Source: Heteronotia binoei
Lineage: Eukaryota
Length of the DNA: 64,000 bases
Direction: 5' to 3'
Assembly (NCBI RefSeq): GCF_032191835.1
Contig: NC_083234.1
Span: 61,070,001-61,134,000, forward strand
The position numbers and the translations under genes are program-made. Of the stretch, positions 12,415-23,849 are shown piece by piece (the first letter of the stretch is position 1; every line of letters starts with the position of its first letter). The notes under the pieces are model-generated. The model did no database searches and was not told where the DNA came from. It was given only the letters and a program-made list of their open reading frames with translations.

Positions 12415-13363
12415 ATTTAATCAGAGACGGTCCATGTGCATGGTGCTAAACACTGCAAGAGAGTCATTTGACACTAAGGGTTTACAGTCTGAAATCTGGC
12501 ATGTGGATGGTGAAGGGTTGGGTAAAGGGGAGGGGAAGGGATACTCCTTCTTTCCACTGTCTTACTTTCAATGGAGAAGGTGTATTTAAGGTATGACAAG
12601 TGGGGGCCCACAAAACTCAAGAGGAGGAGAAATCCCATCTCCCTCCCCCCACTCTTTCACTAAGCCCAGCATGGCCCCTGGGCTCTCCGGCTGCTGCTGT
12701 TAGGTCCAGTGAGAAGCCCTGGGATGTTCAGCATTGCTGCCAGGCCCAGTGGAGCTCTTGGGCTCACCCTAAGCTGCACTACCACATCAAGGCCAGTGCA
12801 GAGTCCTGGGTTATGGAGCTGCTGCTGCTGTGGCCAGTATGACCCCCTGAACTCTTTGGCAAAGCCTCTAGGGTCTCCCTGGTTTGCACTGCTACTGCCA
12901 GGCCCAGCACGGCTCATGGATTGCATGAACAACAACAGTTTTGGTGGCGGAATACCCAGGGCAGCTCCCAGGTTGTGCACTGACCACCAGGCCCAGTGCA
13001 GGGCCCTGGGCTACGCTGCTGTTGGACCCAGTGCAGTTCCTGTGCTGCATGGCCACCACCATGGGAGCTAGTGTAAAGCCCTGGGCTGTGCAGCCACCAT
13101 CGTTGTACCCAGCGCAGCCCTCCAGGGCCGTCGCTGTTGACCACAGCAAGGGAAATATGTCCGGCACAAGTAAAAACTGACCTTGTGTCCGTAAATTGGA
13201 CTAGCAGCATAATATGGGATCATAAAGTGAGCTTGTTGGGTTGGGTCACTGGTCAGCCTTTGCCCAGTTTCCTTACTTTCTTGGGTAAGGAAAGGGTTTC
13301 CCCACTACCGAAGACCTTTCTTGCTGGAAGTGGCAGGGAATTAACCTGTGTCTTTCTGTATCC

Positions 13364-13647
13364 CAGAGGTGGTCAAACTGCAGCTCAGGAGCCACATGTG
13401 GATCTTTCACACATAATGTGTGGCTCTTGAAGGCCTCCCCCAGCCCCATAAGCCAGCTTGGGGTAGAGATTTCTCTTTAAATCACTTCTCCAAGCCAGCC
13501 AGCAGCTTGGAGAATGCATTTAAAGTTAAAGCTTCCTTCCTTCCTTCTTCACAGCCCTCAAACATCTGATGTTCATATCTTGCAGCTCTCAAATATCTGT
13601 CATTTATTCTATGGGGCTCTTATGTTAAGCAGGCTCGGCCACCTCTG
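13364..13647. mobile_element. hAT MITE (CAGAGGTGG...CCACCTCTG)
   Basis: TIRs; TSD ctgtatcc/ctgtatgc; related copies near 29186-29466 and 47362-47677. Confidence 0.75.
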
Positions 13648-14324
13648 CTGTATGCCAAGTGGGCACTGCCGCTGAGCCATGACCTGCCTGCTCCAGAGCA
13701 GAAACCCAATTTGCTCCCAGTTTCCGGCCCACGGCTAAGGATCCCTATAAAAACAGCTCTCTTGCTGCCCCCAATCATAATAGTGTTTTGCTGCACTCTC
13801 TGTATTGATTGCATTCTAACTGCTCTTTGCTGGTCTCTCTCCGTCTCCCCTGGGTTCCTTTAGCACACAAGTTATTGCTGCTTTGTCTTGACTGATAGCT
13901 TTGACAACCCAATTACTGCTATATTGCTTGCTAAAAGATGGCTCAGAGTCCCCAGCTCATTCCAACAAGTGTTTCATTTCAGGGCTGAAATCCTGTGTCT
14001 AAATATATATATATATATAATTGAGAGAGTGAGAGAGTGTCAGAAATGTGTCATGTGGTATTTCCAGCTCTGCTGTTGCTTCTCAGCAAGCCTGTTGCCC
14101 TTCCAAAAGGGATTGGTTGGCTGAAAGGCTAGCCCAGCCACCCCGAGAGGCAAGCCAAGAGGTTGGCTGGTGTCTTATTTTGGGTTTCGAGGTCAGCTTC
14201 CTTACAGCCATACTTTACTCTGCCATAATCTTTCCTCCTTACATGGCATGTGAGAGGAGCTTGCCCACATCAGCAACTTCTAATGACGGACATTTGCATT
14301 TCCTTTTTTTTCCCAATGCTGAAG

Positions 14325-14468
14325 GTACGAGCCTGAAACCAACTTGTGGAAGCGGGACGTGGCCCCAATCAGCGAAGCCAAGAGGGATGTGGCTGTTGCT
14401 GAGCTGGGAGGCTACCTGTATTGTGTGGGCGGCTATGATGGGCTGTTGTGCCTTAGCACTGTGGAGAG
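14325..14468 (+). CDS. KLHL20-like internal exon ([48 protein letters not shown])
   Basis: Acceptor cctttttttttcccaatgctgaag, donor GAG|gtaggc, phase 2 to 2; keeps the KLHL20 W-x-x-D-V-A-P signature. Confidence 0.93.
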
Positions 14469-15189
14469 GTAGGCTGCATCCCCTGGATAACTGTGTGGTG
14501 GTGGGACAGCAAAGGCGCCAACCTGTGGCATTGTTTAGCAGAGGTTTTCTGTTCACTTGACAGGACGTCTTTGGTGGTGGCTCCTCAGCTGTAAAACACC
14601 CTTCCTAAAGTGACTGGCCTAGTGCCTAACTTGTTACAGCATTACACACCAGGAGGAAACTTTTCTGTTTGCCCAGACAATTGGTTGGGTGTCTTAAGCT
14701 TGCATTTGCTGTTTCTATCTCTGTTGTTTTCACAGTTTTATTGCTCTGCTGCTTTTATTGGCTTTATTACTTCTGACTTGATATAGCATTTAAGCGTCAT
14801 TCTGCTGCTTTTGTTATTTTAGCCTTTCCCCTGCTCATTATCATGTTTCAGGCCCCTGAAGCAGTTTTTAAAGGGGGTTTAAATAAAAGTTCAATCAAGG
14901 TTTTTAATTAAAAACAAACAAACAAACAAACAGATGGCAGCCCACAGTCCTGGATGTGGCTAAAGCTCCAATGTTTACTAAATCAACTAAATATCTTTTG
15001 ATCCATTTTTTAAACAGAAACCCCTGACTGGGCAGCAATTTGAAAAAGTGCTTTTATACAATCTGGAGCTGGCAGAGGACATCTTAGAGATTCCCCGTTC
15101 TCTTCTTCTCATCAGAGTGCCTCTTCCAGTACCATCTGCACAGAGGCATTCCATTCCCACACACTTACACCTGTCAATAGCATTGCAGA

Positions 15190-15360
15190 CAGGGGTAGAA
15201 TTCTAGCAGGAGCTCCTTTGCATAATAGGCCACACACCCCTGATGTGGCCAATCCTCCAAGAGCTTACAAAAAAGAGCCTTGTAAGCTCTTGGAGGATTG
15301 GCTACTTCAGGGGTGCGTGGCCTAATATGCAAAGGAGCTCCTGCTAGAATTCCACCCCTG
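15190..15360. mobile_element. Palindromic hAT MITE
   Basis: The whole element is a hairpin; perfect 8-bp TSD attgcaga. Confidence 0.88.
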
Positions 15361-16931
15361 ATTGCAGACAATCTCTCATCCCTCCTACATGGGAAGGAAA
15401 GCTTCTTCTCCCAGCATGGAAGAGGCATTCCTGTCTTCTCTGTTGTGAGAGGGAATGCTTCTTCTGAGATGGTGTCTGCTATTCAGCAGCATTTTGATGG
15501 CAACCCTACTTTATTCTTTTGGCTTACAAAAGGAATGTTTACTTTCTGTAAGAGAAGCTTACAGAACGTACAAACATATATACAGCTTGGTAGGGATGTG
15601 AAATACAGATGGCTTTGTAAGTTCCACATGAAAGAGAGAAAGCCAGAGGTGAGCTTGAAATGCAGTGTTGGCGAAGGACTTGTCAAGAGCTTTGTGAGAG
15701 AAGAAAATGTATGGATAAATATTGGAGAGGGATGAGGACAGATGAGAGCGTGAAGACGAGACAATTGAGTGTAACAGTACATTCTAAGAAATAGGAGGGA
15801 AAGGAAATTGGAAGGCAGAAGGGCACGCTCTGGATAGGATGGCATGAGTCAGAGGGAGAAAAAAGGGCTGGAGATGTTGTTATGCAGGCCTGAAAAGGCT
15901 TCCAAAAAACAGACTAGAGTTGCTGAAAACAAGGCTGCAAACTGAAGGGCAGGATGAACAGCGGCAACAGAAAGCCTTCCCCATTTGTTAAATAGTGAGT
16001 TTGATGCAGTGGAGTTCAACACAGAACATGCTTTATTTCTCCTGCATACTAAAAGTCAACATGGCAGGACCGAGACCCTGCTTATATTCATGCAATAGAA
16101 ACACACCCACGCACCCGATTCCCATACCGAATCACGGCAGTCAAGTTTCTTGTCAAGACCGCTCATTGGTTGCTGTTCCAAGTTCAAATCTATCAGTGTC
16201 AACAGCATTTCCTGTGGTTGCCCAGATGCCTGCGCTGCTACCGCAAAGCAGTAAATTCAGTACATACCGCCATTCGTGTTGCTGCCCAGCTTAAAATTGC
16301 AGCATGTTAAGGCATGCTTCCACCCTCCATAGCTGCCGAAAGCCCAAGATGTTGCCACTGTAGTCTTCAGGTGGGACAGGCCAGCCTGACTGGGCAGCGG
16401 GGGGGAGGGAAAATTTTTAAATTTTCCATCTTTCGACCCGAAAAATCCCTGTCATGCAAATCAAACCTGTGACTTTGTTATTTTCACACCATTTTATGTT
16501 TCCTGACACCGTGAGTTTTTAATTTTTTTAAAAAAAAACTGATGGCAGCCCACACTTTTCCTGAACCTCTCTGAGTCTGTGGGCACATTTGGAATTCTAA
16601 CACAAGGTGGTGGGCACAACTACAGCATGGCGGCTGCAGGAGGGGGAGCCAACCACACAGAGGAAGCCCAAATGCAGAGGAGAAGAAGAGTAATTATAAA
16701 CCTACACTAAGGAAGAGGAGCGAAAGAGAAAAAAACCCAATACTGTGGACTAGGCAGCTGCTGTTGAAGCATTTATTGTAATGTGTATGGGTGATCAGAA
16801 GCCCTGCTGCACAAGAACCTCACCTGACTCCACCCATTTATAAAAACCCTTGATTGGCCCAGGAAAGGTGTCGGTAGGTGGTGTGGCTCCCATGGGAACC
16901 ACAGTGGAGACCCCATTGCACACCAATGTGT

Positions 16932-17148
16932 GGGGAGGGACGGTGGCTCAGTGGTAGAGCATCTGCTTGGGAAGCAGAAGGTCCCAGGTTCAATCCCTGG
17001 CATCTCCAAAAAAGGGTCCAGGCAAATAGGTGTGAAAAAACTCAGCTTGAGACCCTGGAGAGCCGCTGCCAGTCTGAGTAGACAATACTGACTTTGATGG
17101 ACCGAGGGTCTGATTCAGTATAAGGCAGCTTCATATGTTCATATGTTC
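16932..17148 (+). mobile_element. tRNA-derived SINE (Squam2-like) with CR1-type (atgttc)n tail
   Basis: A box ggtggctcagtggtag, B box ggttcaatccc; tail tcatatgttcatatgttc; four copies in the window. Confidence 0.85.
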
Positions 17149-18280
17149 ACCAGATGTTCATCCTAAAATCTACACTTTTCAGTGGTCTGTATGTAATCTT
17201 GGGTTCCCATTCATCAGGTAGGGGTGGGGATCACCTGATTTGGGAGCTTTTGTGGAGCACCCCCACCCCAAATAACAATGTCCCCTGGAAGTGATGCCAT
17301 CACATCAGGGACATCATGTGGCAATGCTCTGGTTTGAGGGCAAAACACCATAGAGTTTTGCCCTCAAACCAGAGAATTGCCACACAACATTCCCAATATG
17401 ATGATGTCACTTCTGCATGATGTCATCATGTCAGGGACATTGCTGTTTGGGATAAATCCATACACCCCCAATCTCCAGGAATTTTCCAACTTTTTGTAGG
17501 AAACCCTACCTTGTATTTAGAAATTACCATGTGGAAGAATCCAAACTAGACCCCATCATCTTAATAAGGTTGTCAGGATCCCCTGCCCACTGGTGGGGGA
17601 TTAGGGGGTAGGGTTGCCAGCTCCAGGTTGGGAAACTCCTGGAGATTTGGGAATGGAGCCTGGGGAGGACAGGGACCTCAGTGGAGTTCAATACCATAGA
17701 GCCCACACTCCAAAGCAGCCATTCTCTGTAGGGGAACTGATCTCCGTAGTCTGGAGATGAGCAGTAATTCTGGGAGATCCCCAGGTCCCACCTGGAGGCT
17801 GGCATCCAATAATAATGATGTACTCTATTCCTTTGCTCCTCAAAGTTAGTCTTTCTGATTTCCAGAGGAGATTCTAGAATAGAAAAATCTAAACTTTATG
17901 GTCCAAAGACCTCCTTGAGGGAATTTCTTGGGCTCGGGTAGGGTAGGCTCTGTCCCATTTTACAAAGCCCTACTTAAGAGAAAAGTTGAGAGTTGCACAA
18001 GAGGTTGGGCTGGTAGCACCAGACACACATCCCTTAAGCAAGATCAGCAGTGCTTCTTCAAGTGCTGAATGAAAAGGGTCCTCAGGCCAGTGGTGGTCTG
18101 CAGGCTGTAATGTGGATGCCACCCCCCAAAAAAGTCACTTTGAGCTCTTCTTTCATCCATTTATAACAGTCATCAACAGTTATGTGCTTGAGATTCAGGA
18201 TGGGTTTTTTTGGGAGAAGAAGGGGTATAGTTTGGGGTTGGATTGGCCATCTCTAACTTTGCTTCCCAGATCCTATCATC

Positions 18281-18449
18281 CGGGGTGGAATTCTAGCAGG
18301 AGTTCCTTTGCATATTAGGCCGCACACCCCTGATGTAGTCAATCCTCCAAGAGCTTACAAGACTCTTTTTTGTAAGCTCTTGGAGGATTGGCTACATCAG
18401 GGGATGTGGCCTAATATGCAAAGGAGCTCCTGTTAGAATTCCACCCCTG
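18281..18449. mobile_element. Palindromic hAT MITE
   Basis: Same family as 15190-15360; TSD ctatcatc. Confidence 0.85.
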
Positions 18450-18462
18450 CTATCATCTAAGT

Positions 18463-18891
18463 CAGGGGTGTCAAACATGCGGCCCAGGGGTTGAATCATG
18501 CCCCTGGAGGGCTCCTATCAGCCCCCCAAGCAACTTACTGCTTCCTTTTCCCCCTCTTGCTTCCTTCTGCATCACTGCTTGCTTTTTCAGGCTTGCTCAA
18601 TCACACAGGAACTACAGAGCAAAGCTCCATTTGGGAGGAAGTGGGGAAAGGAGAGCTAGCTTTGCCAGGCGCTCTCAATTGCACAGCAGAGCTACTGAGC
18701 CAAGCCTCTCTTCCTCCTGTTGGCTGAGGCTCAGAAAGCCAGTGAAGTGGATTAGGCTGAGTGTGTGTGTTTGTCTGTGTCCTTTATAAAGTTTATATCT
18801 CCCTGACCTGGCATTACATTTTATGACACACATGGCCCGGCCCGACAAGGTCAAGATCCTGCCCTCATAGCAAATGAGTTCGACACCCCTG
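18463..18891. mobile_element. hAT non-autonomous element (CAGGGGTGTCAAAC termini)
   Basis: TIRs; TSD atctaagt/atttaagc (6/8); homologous to 31120-31726. Confidence 0.75.
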
Positions 18892-18949
18892 ATTTAAGCA
18901 TTACTTTTACTATTCATGCAGTCTCACAATTGTGCATGTACTTTTTTAG

Positions 18950-19083
18950 GTATGACCCTTTGCTAAATAGGTGGTGCAGAGTGGCACCCATGAATCGCCG
19001 CCGGAGGGGCCTCGGCCTGGCTGTGCTTGATGGTTACCTGTATGCTGTTGGGGGGTCCGATGGCTGTTCCCCATTATATTCAG
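18950..19083 (+). CDS. KLHL20-like internal exon ([44 protein letters not shown])
   Basis: Acceptor tacttttttag, donor CAG|gtaaat, phase 2 to 1; matches KLHL20 [44 protein letters not shown]. Confidence 0.94.
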
Positions 19084-19685
19084 GTAAATGGGAGAGACTG
19101 GTGGCAGATCTGATTTGGTCAGAGGAAGTTTGGAAAGCGAGGAATTTTGCTCTTGAATGTTCAGCACTAAATAAATAAATAGAGTGACATTCCAACTTCC
19201 TTTAAAGTGGCCTTGCCCAATCAGCTTAAAAGTCTACCTAATTCCACAACTAGTGTTACCATCACTGCTTTGGCAAATGCAGGGAGATAGTGCCTGGGGA
19301 GGGCGGCATTTTGGGAGGATGTGCTGTCACTTCTAGCTGATGCTCTAGGCTGCCTCCCCTAGTGTCTATGATCTTTGCCATAGGGAATAGGGAAAATTCC
19401 TAGAGCGTAGGGAAAATTCCTACAGCATCATTATGTAGTAGCCATTTCCCCCCCTCCTCAGTTCTTCAGGCTCAGGAAATTGAGGCTGGGGGCAGGTTAT
19501 TCTCTCCACCCAGGCAGTTAAATGGGAAGCATGCCCACAGTATCCTTTACCATTAAAACACAACTCCTCCCATAAAGGTGCAGACCCCTTCTCTTGCTCT
19601 GCATGCCAGCTAAAGCTTGCCCAGGTCAAACCTGGCACCCACAAACCAGCAACCTTCTAATGACAAGTCCAGGATGACCTTGTTG

Positions 19686-19980
19686 AGGTTCTCCTTAAGG
19701 GAAGAATGTACTAGTGACATATGCAGTCTATGAATAATCCATTCCTTTACAAACAAAAAAGTTTGATCAGAGACTCTAGCAGTGAAAGTAGAACCAACAA
19801 CTGAGAAAGAGGTCACTTTGTCTTCTGTAGAGGTTCTTCTTAAGAGGAGAATGTACTAGTGACACATGCAGTCTACAAATAACCCATTCATTCAGAAACG
19901 AAAAGATTAATCAGACCCTCGAGCAGTGCAAGAGACAGAACCAGCAACTGAGAAAGAGGACACTCTTTCTTTTGTCACAG
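19686..19980 (+). repeat. Tandem duplication (145 and 150 bp) of the intron 3' end including the splice acceptor
   Basis: aggttctccttaag...ctttgtcttctgtag (19686-19830) is followed by aggttcttcttaag...ctttcttttgtcacag (19831-19980). Confidence 0.85.
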
Positions 19981-20189
19981 TGGAGCGTTACAATCCGACG
20001 GAAGATAGGTGGACCCCTTGCTCTCCCCTGCGGACCTGTAGAGAGTACCTCGGGTGCACCACCTTCCAAGCGAAGATCTATGCTGTCGGCGGGCGGGATG
20101 ACCTCACAGAACTGCGCAGTGTGGAGCGGTTTGATCCTGTTGCCAATGAATGGTCTGCTGTAGTGCCCATGAAGTCCAAGAGGAGCAAG
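19981..20189 (+). CDS. KLHL20-like internal exon (VERYNPTEDRW...VGGRDDLTELRSVERFDP...MKSKRSK)
   Basis: Acceptor ctttcttttgtcacag, donor AAG|gtattg, phase 1 to 0; matches KLHL20 VGGRDDTTELSSAERYNP. Confidence 0.94.
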
Positions 20190-21023
20190 GTATTGGGTCG
20201 CAGCTATGTTATGGGAACTCGGGGGAAATGATGGTTGGGAAAGCCAGCAGATGGCCCTTTTCTGAAGGACTGTTCATGTCTTCAGTAGGAACCAACCCTC
20301 ATGTTTTGCACATTAGAAAATCTCAGTAGTGCACACTTCCCAAGATTTCAAAAGGAAGTGGACTTAAAAACATAAAACCATTTCACTGTTACGGTAACCC
20401 AAGCTTCCATGCTTGCTGAAAGGCAAAGCCTTCTTTATCTTTCCAGCTCTGATGGAGAAGGAGGGGGGAGTAAACAGTAATATAGTTGCTCCAAAAAAGT
20501 CCTGTCAGCCTGGTGGAAAATCATGCAAATTTATTTTATTTTTTTTTAAACATATGATAAGTTTATTAGAAATTCCAAGTTATACAGAACTTTGTTGGGT
20601 GAAGTAGTATCAAGTAGATTAATTCCATATATAACAAAATTTTACTATGCATAAAGTACTATGGTATATATAACATTGCAGAACATCTTTTTTTAGCATT
20701 TAAGATAACATGCAGTTCGCCAATCAATCAATCTAGAGGTAAATTAATTAATTAATAAATATCTTCTAAGGGTAAATTAACTGGTAATTGGGCTAGAATT
20801 TTGACTCTTAAGCTAAGAATACTGCCTTGCTCCATCCCGAACCAAACAAAAGGGAATATTTAAATACAAGGAGAAAGAATGGATAGCATAAGTTAGAAAG
20901 AATTATAGTGAGAGAAATTGAAGGTAGGTTGTGTTAATAGGTAAAATGCAAATTTAAAAGATGTGCAAACACAAATATCAACTGAATATTGCCTTTAGTG
21001 TGGTGAGGGCTGCCTGTTGCTTG

Positions 21024-21309
21024 GAGAGCCAGTTTGGTGTAGTGGTTAAGTGTGTGGACTCTTATCTGGGAGAACCGGGTTTGATTCCCCACTCCTCCAC
21101 TTGCAGCTGCTGGGATGGCCTTGGGTCAGCCATAGCTCTGGCAGAGGTTGTCCTTGAAAGGGCAGCTGCTGTGAGAGCCCTCTCCAGCCCCACCCACCTC
21201 ACAGGGTGTCTGTTGTGGGGGAGGAAGGTAAAGGAGATTGTGAGCCGCTCTGAGACTCTTCAGAGGGGAGGGCGGGATATAAATCCAATATCATCTTCTT
21301 CTTCTTCTT
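21024..21309 (+). mobile_element. tRNA-derived SINE (Squam3-like) with (tct)n tail
   Basis: gagagccagtttggtgtagtggttaag head, ggtttgattccc B box; near-identical copies at 34354, 55759 and 63478. Confidence 0.85.
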
Positions 21310-21530
21310 GGCCATGGCAGGAGAGGTGACAGTGATTCGCGGTCCCATCCTGGACCCAAGAATCACTGTGCCCCTGAAGCTGATATCCCCATCTATGGCC
21401 AGTACTGTCAAATGAACCTGGTAATTGGATTCTTCATTAACATTTGAGTCAATGGGTTTCGGCATGTAGTGTTGGCCTCTGCCTTCTTAACTAAAAACCT
21501 GAGAATAACTGCATTTCTTCCTTCGTGCAG

Positions 21531-21637
21531 GTCAGCCTTGCTGCTGCAAATGGCTATCTCCTAGCCATTGGGGGCTATGATGGTACCGTCCACGTGACCA
21601 CAGTAGAGGCATTTGACCTGGAGATGAACACGTGGAG
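21531..21637 (+). CDS. KLHL20-like internal exon (VSLAAANGYLLAIGGYDGTVHVTTVEAFDLEMNTWR)
   Basis: Acceptor tttcttccttcgtgcag, donor GAG|gtagat, phase 0 to 2; matches KLHL20 [36 protein letters not shown]. Confidence 0.93.
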
Positions 21638-22718
21638 GTAGATTGGTGTTTTGAGGCATCTGTTTCTTCTTAACTTCCTTGATGAATGTCCACTGAAATT
21701 TTCAAAGTTCTGAGAGCGGCAACCCAAGTTACTTCTTCTGGGGCACAACTGAAGGTTTACTGTTTTTCAAGTGTATGAGACAGAGTAAGGATAATCCTTC
21801 CCAAGAAGAGCCCATGCCTTGTTTCTGCATGAGTCTTTGCTTTGAATCTCCTGCCGAATGGAAGATGGCAAGCTCTGATCAGTCACTCATGCAGATGCAA
21901 GAGGTTCCTCCTCCAAGAAGGTCATTCTAATTCCAGAAAGCAACTGAACAGTCTGTTCACGCTTGATTCATTGTTTTAGGACAGGCTGATTGGAAAAGAA
22001 TTAAATTGTTTTCAATTCGCTGCAGCGTTTAGTTCTTTCTCTTAATTTGCTTCTTGTCTCCTCTTCCTCTTTACATTATTGGCCATCTTGATATAATTGT
22101 ATGTGTAAAGTAGTGGGTTCAGATGCTTGAGTGATTTCAGTATAGCCCTTTATTAGCAAGAAACACACGTAGCAAGCTGCAACTATATACACAGAAACTC
22201 CACCCAAAACACACCTCCAGCAATAAACAACCCAATAGAAAAACAGGTGCTTGGAACCCTCATTTGCATGGGCTTCATTCAAATAGGTATTGCCTGATTG
22301 GCTGGCTCAGCAATGGCAGCCGCTCTGAATGCAGCTGCAAGGAGCCTCTCAAACAATGGGTCTTCATTTGAAGCTCCCAGTACACTACAGCGTGCAAGAT
22401 TACACATCAAGATTTTTGTATGCTGGGGCTGGGACTCTTGCTCTGTGATTAGACACCACTGAGAGAGGACCACGACACAACTGTATATATGAATCACTCC
22501 AAGATTGCTTTTTGGCAGAGTTTTTATCAATGCATGCATGCATCTTAGCAATGAGGAGGGAGAGAGGCACAAAGGAATGGTCAGGCTTGCAGTGCGCTGC
22601 ACATGTGCCAAGTTTGGAAATAAAAAACCTAAATGTTGGTTCTAGGTTGAAAATGAGTCCAGGTAGTGATCTGGAACTTCCAAATCCATGTGGTTTTTTT
22701 TTTTGCTGTTTCTTGCAG

Positions 22719-22821
22719 GCGCTTTGGCAACACGCAAACTTGCCACCCCGGTGGAGGCGTCACTGCCATCAACATGGCTCCCTGCGATCGGGAAACTTCC
22801 CAAGTGGTCCGGAGCAGATAG
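22719..22821 (+). CDS. KLHL20-like terminal coding exon (RFGNTQTCHPGGGVTAINMAPCDRETSQVVRSR*)
   Basis: Acceptor tttttgctgtttcttgcag, phase 2, TAG at 22819-22821; matches KLHL20 [23 protein letters not shown]. Confidence 0.9.
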
Positions 22822-23112
22822 AAAGCCAATTCTGTTTTCTGGTTTGGTGGGACGACTAGTTAGGCCTGAACAATGAAAGAAGGAGGGGAGAGGGATTGGT
22901 GGCAGGCAAGGACTATGGCCAGAAAGAGTGAGAGAGATGGTATGGCAAAGGTGGGACAGAATTTCCTTCCCACCTGAATGGAAGTTCAGATGTGTCCATT
23001 TTGCAGGAGGTAAAAGGGAAATACTTTATCTTCCCAAGGCCCACTGTATTTCTCCTCTACAACACTCCCCCCCCCCCACCTGTCACCCACCCTGTTCAGC
23101 CATGCTTAGACT

Positions 23113-23304
23113 CAGGGCTTTTTATGCAGAAAAAGCCCAGCAGAAATTTATCTGCATATTAGGCCACACCCCCTGCTGTCACCATTGTTTTACACGGCTT
23201 TTTGTAGAAAAAAACCCAGCAAGAGTCATTTGCATATTAGGCCACACCCCCTGACACCAAGCCAGCCGGAACTGGATTCCTGCTCAAAAAAAAAAAAAGC
23301 CCTG
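23113..23304. mobile_element. hAT MITE, octamer-bearing type
   Basis: TIRs; perfect TSD cttagact. Confidence 0.85.
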
Positions 23305-23561
23305 CTTAGACTGGAAAGGAGACCCTCTGAGAGAAAAACAGACTGAAAAAAAGGAGTCACAGCAGGGAAGGCTGTTGGATGGGAAACATGTAAAACAACT
23401 TTCCTCCACCCACTCTTTTTAAAAATAAATGCCAAAAACAAATTATAATAATTCCAAAATAATAATCATATCAGTCCAAAGCATTAGTGCAAAACAAAAA
23501 TCAGACTTTAGCATCAAGTTGGTGGATAGAATTAAAATAAAAACAGACTGCAATACACCTA

Positions 23562-23849
23562 GGGCGTTTTCGCACTCACCTTCAAGTGGTGCGACCACCC
23601 TCCTCACGCCGGCGGATCTGCAGGGATTTCGCACCAGAAGCGCCGGCGCACCCAAAAGAGCCGGCGACTTCCGTTGCGAAACCAGCTCAAACGTTTTCCT
23701 GCTTCTTGGCGGTTTCCGTTTGAGCTGGTTTCGCGATGGAAGTCGCCGGCTCTTTTGGGTGCGCCGGCGCTTCTGGTGCGAAATCCCTGCAGATCCGCCG
23801 GCGTGAGGAGGGTGGTCGCACCACTTGAAGGTGAGTGCGAAAACGCCCC
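23562..23849. mobile_element. Near-perfect palindromic Tc1/mariner-type MITE
   Basis: 132-bp arms (23562-23693, 23717-23848) with 2 mismatches, 23-nt loop, TA on both sides, CpG-rich. Confidence 0.85.

Noticed and set aside
16932-17010. tRNA-like sequence (also at 29682, 32834, 57696 and in Squam3-like heads)
   Set aside because: SINE heads with A/B boxes continuing into SINE bodies and tails; no complete cloverleaf.
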